Assembly (NCBI GenBank): GCA_012518215.1
Contig: JAAYSV010000024.1
Location: forward strand, 2,340 to 66,339
Length of the DNA: 64,000 nucleotides
Direction of reading: 5' to 3'
DNA from: Bacillota bacterium
Lineage (GTDB): Bacteria; Bacillota; Dethiobacteria; DTU022; PWGO01
Position numbers and translations under genes: made by a program
Part shown: positions 43,869 to 51,850 of the stretch, in pieces
Layout: the number at the start of each line of letters is the position of its first letter
How positions within the stretch are numbered: the first letter of the stretch is position 1
The notes under the pieces: generated by a model
What the model was told of the DNA's origin: nothing
The model's database searches: none
The model's input: only the letters and a program-made list of their open reading frames with translations

Positions 43869-45446
43869 CAGCTTCAAGGCAATCCTTTCACATGAGAAAT
43901 TGTCAATGCCCTCAACATCGCAGAAAAATTGCAGCAGACCTTCAACCATGTTTTTGAATATTTTGTAATCCCTTTGCGTGACAAAGGAAATCCCGTGTGC
44001 CAGAATACTGTAGTTGCGATTATTCAATTGCTGGTTCAATCTGGAAAGGCTTATGGTATTATTTTTGTTTCTCCCCTCGTTGTACGCCTTCAATGAAAAC
44101 CGATCATTGATAGCATTGAGGAGAATATAACCATTAAAAAGGCTGATCGGCGTAGGCAATTCAGATGTGGGGAAAAAATCAAGAGTCTTTCTTTCACGAT
44201 TTACTGCCTCGATCAGACGCTTCTGGAAATCATCCAGTCCGGGGCCATTCAAGGGCAAACCATTGAAGTTCTGCTTTCCGAGGCTGGAATATAATTCATC
44301 GTAATCCGGTTTGGCTGTATCCACGCCATGGATTGCAAAACGTCTCTGCTCCATAACTTCCAGGATGCGGTAAAGATACAGGGAAGCCGTGTCCCACTTG
44401 CCCCATTTTTCCCGCCGGAGTGCATTGCCGTAAAGAACATTTATGAGCATGATCACGGCTTCTTTATTCTGAAGAAGTGGCAAGGTAGTGTTTCCGGGGC
44501 CCGATGGTATCAAATCCGCCAACTCACAAAGGAGCCTGCCATGCTTTTCAATGACGATCAGTTCCTCCTCGTTGAGAAAGCTGACACCCCTGTAGCGGCG
44601 AGCTTTCGCTGCTGCATCCGTAAGGTTATTCCCCGCAGTTTTGAAATCCAGAAGATCCCAGGCTTCGTAGCCGGAAGCAATATGGTACAAAATCTCATAA
44701 CGACGCGGGTCGGGTGCTTTCTCCTTGAGCTCCTCGAAGAGGAGCAACGCACCATGATAATCCTGCCGGGACATCAGTTGATTTGCTTCCATCTCCTGAA
44801 TACAACCATAAGCTTCATAGGGATTTTGCAGCAATTCAAGATATTCCGAACCGGGAATCGGCCTCCTTTTTACATTGCAGTAATTGTCATTGTTAACATA
44901 GAGTAGCTGAAAAGATAACAGGGCTCCTACCATGGCCAGCCCGCCGGTCATGGACTTCGTGCCACCAGTAATGTCAACTGCCACATTTTGTGGATTTCCC
45001 CAGCGTTTCCAGGCATCCACCACTTCATCATATATGGCCAGGGCATAAGGTTTCCCAATCAGGCGTTTCTCTACCCCTGAAAATGGCACTATATCGCCCG
45101 TATATTTATAAATGACATCGAGCTGTTTTTTTGTTTCCTTCGTATACAGAAAAAGCACCCGTTCAGGTTCAATCGCATTGATGGAGAATATGAGTGGTTC
45201 AGGAGATTGTCCCACGGTTAGTATCATTCCGCGGTATCTTCCTGCAAGCTTTTGTTTTTCTTTCCCCACAAAGACGCGGATAGAACAAGGCAGTATTTTT
45301 TTCCAATAAAACTCGTCAGCAGCCTTTTGCTCCTCCTCACTCTCGGATGGCATGGCATCCCATTCGTCAACCAGTTCCTTTAAAATAGTAGATTCATCGC
45401 GGTTCCCCTCGTTCATCACAGTTCCTCCCTGTTCAAAATCGGGCAC
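43800..45446 (-). CDS. CARF-domain protein with C-terminal HEPN-like domain (Cas02710/Csx1-Csm6-like), orphan
   Basis: CARF hallmarks MILTVGQSPEPLIFSI (first strand/Gly-rich loop) and VAVDITGGTKSMTGGLA (D-x-T-G-G-T-K signature); C-terminal helical domain with R-x4-6-H motifs (RRFAIHG; RNYSILAHG) as in HEPN RNases; no cas genes or CRISPR array within the window. Confidence 0.65.
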   Translation of the reverse strand: MPDFEQGGTVMNEGNRDESTILKELVDEWDAMPSESEEEQKAADEFYWKKILPCSIRVFVGKEKQKLAGRYRGMILTVGQSPEPLIFSINAIEPERVLFLYTKETKKQLDVIYKYTGDIVPFSGVEKRLIGKPYALAIYDEVVDAWKRWGNPQNVAVDITGGTKSMTGGLAMVGALLSFQLLYVNNDNYCNVKRRPIPGSEYLELLQNPYEAYGCIQEMEANQLMSRQDYHGALLLFEELKEKAPDPRRYEILYHIASGYEAWDLLDFKTAGNNLTDAAAKARRYRGVSFLNEEELIVIEKHGRLLCELADLIPSGPGNTTLPLLQNKEAVIMLINVLYGNALRREKWGKWDTASLYLYRILEVMEQRRFAIHGVDTAKPDYDELYSSLGKQNFNGLPLNGPGLDDFQKRLIEAVNRERKTLDFFPTSELPTPISLFNGYILLNAINDRFSLKAYNEGRNKNNTISLSRLNQQLNNRNYSILAHGISFVTQRDYKIFKNMVEGLLQFFCDVEGIDNFSCERIALKLGNSHPEGVNNGRSVSETAIPEE

Positions 45447-45537
45447 ATCCAGGAGATTGTGAAATCAAGTTGTGATTCATGGCCCACCATTTATTATTCT
45501 TTACATCACATGCCATTTCCTTTTGCTGGCAAACATT

Positions 45538-45744
45538 TTACTGCCGATTCAAACATATTCTTCCTTCTTTTATGTATCCCCGAACCATACGGTTGACGGT
45601 GCGTCGAGTACATCCCAGCTTAAGCGCAGCACTAATTTGTTGCCCTTGGTCTCGACAAGTTTCTTGATCACGACATACCTGAATTCTTCCGTCATATTTA
45701 GCTAAACCTTCCTCATCAGATTCACCTCGTTTTAATAAAATCAA
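45538..45744 (-). pseudogene. IS-family transposase N-terminal HTH fragment (frameshifted remnant)
   Basis: Two overlapping frames together give MTEEFRYVVIKKLVETKGN | QQISAALKLGCTRRTVNRMVRGYIKEG, the typical IS3/IS481/IS630-type transposase HTH leader; no catalytic domain follows. Confidence 0.5.
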
Positions 45745-45810
45745 TACGAGGTAACTTTAAAAAACCGGGACATTTTCCCTTGTCTTCTGATGAGACATTA
45801 TCGCATGTGA

Positions 45811-45866
45811 ATCACTGTCAACCATCGTGACCACGGGGGAGCTGTCAACCATCGTGACCACGGGGG
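45811..45866. repeat. tandem 27-28-bp direct repeat (2 copies) upstream of methyltransferase gene
   Basis: (C)TGTCAACCATCGTGACCACGGGGGAG repeated head-to-tail twice, followed by TTGACA; each unit contains the CGTG-N2-CACG inverted motif. Confidence 0.6.
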
Positions 45867-45943
45867 AGCTTGACATTGTGCAATTTTAAGAGTACTCTGA
45901 TTCAGGTAAAAACATTCATTATATTGACAGAGAGTGGATTGCA

Positions 45944-46798
45944 TTGAACAAACAAATGCTTGTTTTTAATTTAATCAGATATGGTGCCGGCATGAAATTA
46001 CGTGCTTTGTTGAAAATAAAATCTTCCAAGCATATATACGAAAACTATTATGATACTATAAATCAATTTTCCAGAATTGGCTCGGATGAATTTGTCTGTA
46101 TGAATTATGGATTTGCTGCCGATAAAAACTTGGAACTCGATGTGACGGATGAAGCCGAAAGGTTCCCCCTTCAATTGTATGATCATGTGGCCACAGGAGC
46201 CGGCACCCTGATTTTAAAAGACCTTGATGTTTTGGAAGTGGGAAGCGGCAGGGGCGGTGGGGCTTCATATATTGCACGCTACTTGAAACCCAAAAAAATA
46301 AGGGGCATGGATATATCCCCCATAGCTACGCAATTTTGCACAAAACGTTACAAGGACATAGAAAATCTTTCTTTCATTTGCGGTGATGCGGAGGCAATTC
46401 CTTTTTCGGATTCAAGTCTAGACGCCGTTGTCAATATAGAAAGCTCCCATTGCTATCCCAATTTTCATAATTTCGTTGCAGAGGTCAAGAGGGTACTGAA
46501 ACCAAACGGACATTTTCTATTTGCCGATTTCAGAAAAACATCTGAAACAAATATCTTCCAGGATACTTTTGAAAAAATCGGGTTCAACCAGCTATATGAA
46601 CAGGATATTTCCAATCAGATAGTAGATTCTTTAACAGAGGACACCGAACGAAGGCAAGGCTTGATAAAAAATATCAAACTGCCATGCTTTATCAATTATC
46701 TGATAAAGGATTTTGCAGGCTGTGTGGACAGTATTACCTACAATGCCTATGCCAGCGGGAAAAGAAAATATATGTACTATATCCTGCAGAAGCCTTGA
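45944..46798 (+). CDS. class I SAM-dependent methyltransferase (Methyltransf_11-like)
   Basis: Motif I LEVGSGRGGGASYIA, post-I acidic residue (GMDIS), motif II/III (LDAVVNIESSHCYP; LKPNGHFLFADF); visibly AT-rich compared with flanks. Confidence 0.7.
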   Translation: MNKQMLVFNLIRYGAGMKLRALLKIKSSKHIYENYYDTINQFSRIGSDEFVCMNYGFAADKNLELDVTDEAERFPLQLYDHVATGAGTLILKDLDVLEVGSGRGGGASYIARYLKPKKIRGMDISPIATQFCTKRYKDIENLSFICGDAEAIPFSDSSLDAVVNIESSHCYPNFHNFVAEVKRVLKPNGHFLFADFRKTSETNIFQDTFEKIGFNQLYEQDISNQIVDSLTEDTERRQGLIKNIKLPCFINYLIKDFAGCVDSITYNAYASGKRKYMYYILQKP

Positions 46799-47165
46799 AT
46801 AAAGACATTCACGCCATTGGTGGAACAAAATATTTCAAGGTAGAAGCCCTCTTTTTTGTATGGCAAATCAATAAATGTTTTCCGGTTATTCCGGAAACCG
46901 TTTCATAATCCGGCGATCCCAATTCTGTTTTGCCTGGCTTGGGTTCTTCCCGAAAACAAATTTATTATCAAACAGGGCCATTTTACAATTGCTATACATA
47001 ATAAAACAGGCGGGAGAAGGGATTGGGATAGCGGAACAGCATTTCCATGTAGTTTAATTTTTAATGCCTTTATATTGTTACACACCGTTCGGGAAATTTT
47101 TCTTTTCTAGCAACTATTATGGAAGAAGTCCGCCCACTGCCCATTACCGGGGATAGCCGGAAATC

Positions 47166-48086
47166 TTAATAGTAATCTTTGTACTCGTCGGCCGGGTATT
47201 TTGTGCGCACGTGCACTTCATCTATCAGGTCCGAGCCTACAGTGTAACAGAATATATTGATCACCATGTCGTTTTTTTCGATGCTGTATAGCAGCAGCGG
47301 CTCCCCGTACTTGTCACAGACCCCTTCGTACTCCGGCGGGCCAAATTCTTCTTTCGCCTCGCTCATCGTTTTTCCTAGAAAATCCTGTTCAGCGAACAGT
47401 ATCAACTTGCAGCCGCTGAACATATCAAAAGCAACCACTTCCTTGCGCTGGCTGTACAGGTTGCAGTAAAAAGTGATAAGGTGATCCGGATAATGCATGG
47501 CCACGGAACCCTCGAAAAGCTCCTCCAGATCGGGTTCCCCCAGCGCCTGGACGACTTTGTGCCTGGAAGAACCGATAAAATCCGCCGCTATCAGTCGGTC
47601 GTCCCGATGGGGAACGATAGCGGAGGGGGCACCATCTTCTTCTGCAAGAAAGGCATCTGCCGCATCGATATCCCCTTGATCAACTTCGGTAACTCTTTCC
47701 GCCGCTTTCGGTTCCGGGGAAGACGCCCTCTCTTTTGTTTTCAAATAATCGGTGTAAACCATATAGCTGCCGACCGAAAGAAAGATCACGGCAAGGGCTA
47801 TCCCGACAAACCATTTCTTGATTTTCTCCCCGGAATCAGTTTGCATCACCGGGCTTTTTATTTCCTCGAAGCGCCCATCATGGCTGTATCCCTGTACCAT
47901 TTCATTTTTGCAGATTTCCAGTTCCGGCAACGGCGAACGGCAGTATGTGCATTCGGTTGCATCAAGCGGTACCGTTGCCGTACAGTACGGACAAACCCTT
48001 TCTTTTCTTATACCGTGATCATCATGCTGCATGGCAGTTACTCCTCTCAACATAATTTTGTCCTTTCCGTCTGCCCCACCCAGCAA
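47166..48086 (-). CDS. zinc-ribbon membrane protein (N-terminal CxxC-x13-CxxC, single TM, C-terminal extracytoplasmic domain)
   Basis: CPYC...CTYC zinc ribbon, hydrophobic segment WFVGIALAVIFLSVGSYMVY, acidic linker then ~150-aa globular domain; real start probably an internal Met. Confidence 0.5.
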   Translation of the reverse strand: MLGGADGKDKIMLRGVTAMQHDDHGIRKERVCPYCTATVPLDATECTYCRSPLPELEICKNEMVQGYSHDGRFEEIKSPVMQTDSGEKIKKWFVGIALAVIFLSVGSYMVYTDYLKTKERASSPEPKAAERVTEVDQGDIDAADAFLAEEDGAPSAIVPHRDDRLIAADFIGSSRHKVVQALGEPDLEELFEGSVAMHYPDHLITFYCNLYSQRKEVVAFDMFSGCKLILFAEQDFLGKTMSEAKEEFGPPEYEGVCDKYGEPLLLYSIEKNDMVINIFCYTVGSDLIDEVHVRTKYPADEYKDYY

Positions 48087-48518
48087 AACCTGGCCATACT
48101 CATGTTCGATTGAAAGTCAAATCCCGGCCCCAGCCGGATCCAGTCCTTCATAATCATGCAGGCAGTCCGCTTCAACATCGATCAAATCACCCGCCCCTCG
48201 GGTCAGTAACAAAATATTCTATTAAAGGTCAATAATTTCCTTCCATTGAACTATTTTGCATAACGGAGCAGGATTCATGATTGATTGTGCAAAGAACAGA
48301 CAGTATAATTTTGCAGGTCTATATCCACGGAATCCTTTTCCCCGAACTCCATCGAGCCCACCTCATCTGCCCCTTTCCCCAACCAGCCCATTCCCGGTGG
48401 CCGGATCATACCGTTTGGCAAATAATCAAGCCGCCACCCCGGGCAGTTGCATCCTTTTCCAATCCTCCCGCCCATCCATCAACGCCCCTTTCCCGCCCCG
48501 GGCAGGCCCAATCAAAAA

Positions 48519-48550
48519 AGCACCCAAAAAAACGGGTGCTTTTATATTTT
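48519..48550. terminator. bidirectional Rho-independent terminator
   Basis: AGCACCC-AAAAAAA-CGGGTGCT hairpin flanked by A-run upstream and TTTATATTTT downstream; lies just downstream of the 48625-49524 gene (minus strand) that ends the transketolase operon. Confidence 0.55.
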
Positions 48551-48624
48551 GTTATCTGTCCAATCCGTCATCTACCTTGCTCGATCAATTATTTCTCTTT
48601 GCTGCAATAACCCGCCGCCCGGAA

Positions 48625-49524
48625 TCAGTGTTTTACAAATTTGGACGGAATCAGCATATCCTGAATATCCATCATCCTGTCGTTGAAGGTGATCGCATAG
48701 CTATCGCCGGCACCGATTATTTCCACGTTGCCATCGACGACGGCCTGGACAAAGGGCTTGCCACCCAGAACAGCAATGCATCCGTTCGGATCAGGAAAGC
48801 TCAGCAATACGAAAGGACTCTTCCTTTCGTAAATCCCCCTCCCCGCCTTGGTCTTGCCAAATTTCACCCTCAGATATGCGCCCATTTCCGGATATATTTC
48901 TTTCCCGTTGGCAATGGTGGGGCCGACCTTGAACTGGTAGATCCTGTCCGTCTGCTTCTCGGTCCATTTGACCATGGGTGCATAGCCGGATTTCGTGGCA
49001 ACGGACATCGCCGTGGTTATCATGTACAGAGACATCTTCACCTTCAGGTACTGTTCAAATGGTTCATCGGCACCCGGAACAAAATCGGGCATCATTTTCA
49101 TCAACGACAGCATCAGGAAGAGAAAACTGAAGAAACCTCTCTTGAACATGTTCTTCAATACGGAAGGTACAATACCCATCATATCCAGCGGTGTGTTGCC
49201 CTTGAACACGCCGAGCATACTCTTGATGCTCTTGAAATGCATTTTGATCACTTTCAGGTTGCCGAAAGCGCCGGTGTAGACCCCTTCGTATACCTTGAAA
49301 CGTCTGCCCTCAGCTATCTTGTTCGCCTTTTCTTCGGTTAAAAAAACCATATGTGCAGCGAGAGGATTCTCATCGTCCTCGGCCTTGAACTCCACAACGA
49401 CATTCAGATTTTTGAATTTTTTTACGAAATTGGGGTCCTCTGTCAGAGGGATATTCATCGCCGGGAAAGCTGCACGAAGAAACAAACGCGCCGCCAATAT
49501 GTCCTGCGCAGTAGCTTTGTTCAT
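48625..49524 (-). CDS. hypothetical protein (possible SCP2/lipid-binding-like C-terminal region), co-oriented with transketolase genes
   Basis: 299-aa ORF with internal hydrophobic segment (FFSFLFLMLSLMKMM) and C-terminal Gly-rich segment (GNVEIIGAGDSYAITF); no confident family assignment. Confidence 0.4.
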   Translation of the reverse strand: MNKATAQDILAARLFLRAAFPAMNIPLTEDPNFVKKFKNLNVVVEFKAEDDENPLAAHMVFLTEEKANKIAEGRRFKVYEGVYTGAFGNLKVIKMHFKSIKSMLGVFKGNTPLDMMGIVPSVLKNMFKRGFFSFLFLMLSLMKMMPDFVPGADEPFEQYLKVKMSLYMITTAMSVATKSGYAPMVKWTEKQTDRIYQFKVGPTIANGKEIYPEMGAYLRVKFGKTKAGRGIYERKSPFVLLSFPDPNGCIAVLGGKPFVQAVVDGNVEIIGAGDSYAITFNDRMMDIQDMLIPSKFVKH

Positions 49525-49576
49525 CTTCTGCCTCCTTTATCGATCTTCGTCTGTCCTGATCGGCCAGCCTTCAAGG

Positions 49577-50590
49577 TCAGTCCTCATCAGTCCAGTCTTC
49601 GTCAGCTTCGATTTCTTTTCCTAGCAGTTCCCTGATGGTTTCTGCAATTCCTGTCGCGTCCAGCTTGTATCTCGCGTACAGGTCCTCCGGATATCCGATA
49701 ACGCTGTACTCATCCGGAATCCCCACCTTGGTGAAAGCGCAGGCTTTTCCACTCTCTGCAATCACTGAAGCAACTGCATCCCCCAAACCGCCGATAACAT
49801 TGTGCTCTTCCACAGTCAATATCCTTCTGGTTTCCATCAATGCTTTTACAATCGCATCCTTGTCGATCGGTTTGATGGTGTGCATGTTTATCACTCTTAC
49901 GGAAATTCCGTCGTGTTCCAGTTCTTTCGAGGCTTCCTTGGCCTGAAGAACGGGAGTGCCGCAGGCGATGACCGTAATATCGGATCCATCCCTCACCGTC
50001 ATTGCTTTTCCGATTTCAAAATCGAAGTCCTCGTTTTCATGCAAGGGGGGCTCGAACCCCCTGCCGACCCTCATGTAGAACGGCCCTGGTATATCGATAC
50101 AGGCACGGACCGCTTTCGCAGTCTCCCATCCGTCGGCAGGCACGACGACGGTCATGTTTGCAAATGAACGAAGGACCGCCAGGTCCTCGGTGGCATGGTG
50201 TGTGGTTCCGGCAGTTCCGAAACTGACCCCGCTATGAGTGGCAATGATTTTCACGGGTAGATTCTGATAGGCAATATCGGTTCTTACCTGCTCGGCAGCA
50301 CGCAGCGAAGCAAAAGTGGCAAAAGTTGATGCAAATGGTATCAACCCGGTCTTGGCCAACCCCGCAGCGATCCCGAACATATTCTGTTCGGCGACCCCCA
50401 CGTTGAACATCCTGTCCGGATATTTCTCTCCGAATATTCCGATATTTGTTGATTTCGCCAGATCGGCGGTCAGCCCCACTATTTTCTCGTTTCTTTCGCC
50501 CAGGTCTGCAAGCACACGCCCGTAGATCTCTCTCGAAGTCATCTTGTTTGCATCATGGACGGTCCATACGGTTCCAACGTCTTTACCCAT
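49577..50590 (-). CDS. transketolase, C-terminal (pyrimidine-binding/TKC) subunit
   Basis: 337 aa; Transket_pyr motifs (NVGVAEQNM, GGLG...) of split transketolases. Confidence 0.85.
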   Translation of the reverse strand: MGKDVGTVWTVHDANKMTSREIYGRVLADLGERNEKIVGLTADLAKSTNIGIFGEKYPDRMFNVGVAEQNMFGIAAGLAKTGLIPFASTFATFASLRAAEQVRTDIAYQNLPVKIIATHSGVSFGTAGTTHHATEDLAVLRSFANMTVVVPADGWETAKAVRACIDIPGPFYMRVGRGFEPPLHENEDFDFEIGKAMTVRDGSDITVIACGTPVLQAKEASKELEHDGISVRVINMHTIKPIDKDAIVKALMETRRILTVEEHNVIGGLGDAVASVIAESGKACAFTKVGIPDEYSVIGYPEDLYARYKLDATGIAETIRELLGKEIEADEDWTDED

Positions 50591-50619
50591 CGATCATATC
50601 CTCCTTGTCCTGAAAGATC

Positions 50620-51447
50620 TTATAAAGATTCAACATCGGCCAGAGCTTCATTGAACATTTCGATATCCATGGCACCGTAATGCCATTCCACCGTTCCCTG
50701 GAATCTCTTCACGCCGAATCCTTTTTGTGTATTGGCCACTATGCACACGGGCTTCTCCGTTTCCGCCCACGCTTCCTCAAGAGCCCTGTCTACCTCGGCC
50801 ATGTCGTTGCCGTTGCATTCGATAACTTTGAAGCCGAAAGCTTCGTATTTCTTGCCCAACGGCTCGATCGACATGATATCATCGGTGCAGCCGTCGATAC
50901 AAAATCTATTCTTGTCAACGATGGCTATCAGGTTGTTCAACTTGAAATGGCTTGCAGCCATGGCAGCTTCCCAGATGCTTCCCTCGTTCTGCTCGCCATC
51001 GCCCATGAGGACAACCACCTTGGTGTCCAGATTCTGATATCTGTCACCGAGCGCCATGCCCACTCCCAATGATAGCCCGTGGCCCAGGGACCCCGTGGAG
51101 GCATCGCAACCCTCGATTTTATTGGCATCGGGGTGCATCCCGTAGGCCGACTCGTAATGATTGAATGATTCAAGAGATTCCATGGGCACAAATCCTTTCA
51201 TGGCCAAACAGGGAACATAGGCAAGCGCCGCATGCCCTTTGCTGAGAATGAATTTATCCCGTTCAGGCATGGACGGCTTTCCCGGATCGACATTCAAAAA
51301 CTTGTAATACAAAGCCGTCAGAATATCTGCACTACTCAACGAACCACCAAAATGCCCACTTCCGGCAAATTTAGCTGTTTTAAGGATATTGATTCTTAGC
51401 TCTTTTGCCTTTGCTTTTAGCTCTTCCACTGATACATTTTTTGGCAT
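50620..51447 (-). CDS. transketolase, N-terminal (thiamine-diphosphate-binding) subunit
   Basis: 275 aa; ThDP-binding GDG...N motif (VVLMGDGEQNEGSIWEA) and SGHFGGSLS signature of split transketolase N-subunit. Confidence 0.85.
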   Translation of the reverse strand: MPKNVSVEELKAKAKELRINILKTAKFAGSGHFGGSLSSADILTALYYKFLNVDPGKPSMPERDKFILSKGHAALAYVPCLAMKGFVPMESLESFNHYESAYGMHPDANKIEGCDASTGSLGHGLSLGVGMALGDRYQNLDTKVVVLMGDGEQNEGSIWEAAMAASHFKLNNLIAIVDKNRFCIDGCTDDIMSIEPLGKKYEAFGFKVIECNGNDMAEVDRALEEAWAETEKPVCIVANTQKGFGVKRFQGTVEWHYGAMDIEMFNEALADVESL

Positions 51448-51850
51448 TTACGACTCGTCCTCCTTTGGGGATACAACTAGCATTTGATGTTAAAATTTTA
51501 TCATACAGCCCAATAATATGTCAATCACACCCCGATCATTCGTATGCCCCCCTCCCGGGCCATGCCATTTTGCAGATTTTGCAAGGTAAATTTTGTGAAC
51601 TGCAGAAGTTGGTTTGTAAAACAGGGGCCGTAACTGCAAGATTGTGCGCCGTTAATCATGTTTGAATTGCATGAAGGATGCAATATCAGATTATGGAACT
51701 GGAGTAAAAAAGACTGGCGATGCAGTCCATTTTTCCGGAACTTCCTTCCTTCCCCTTTCATGATTCACCACATAGCAAAAGGGATAACAGGCAGACCGGA
51801 TTCTGATCATTTATTGACACCCGGATATTTACAGGTTAAATTATGATCAG

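Noticed and set aside
45811-45866. Possible CRISPR array
   Set aside because: Only two direct repeats with no unique spacer between them (pure tandem duplication). No further periodic repeats anywhere in the window, so it is not a CRISPR array despite the nearby CARF gene.
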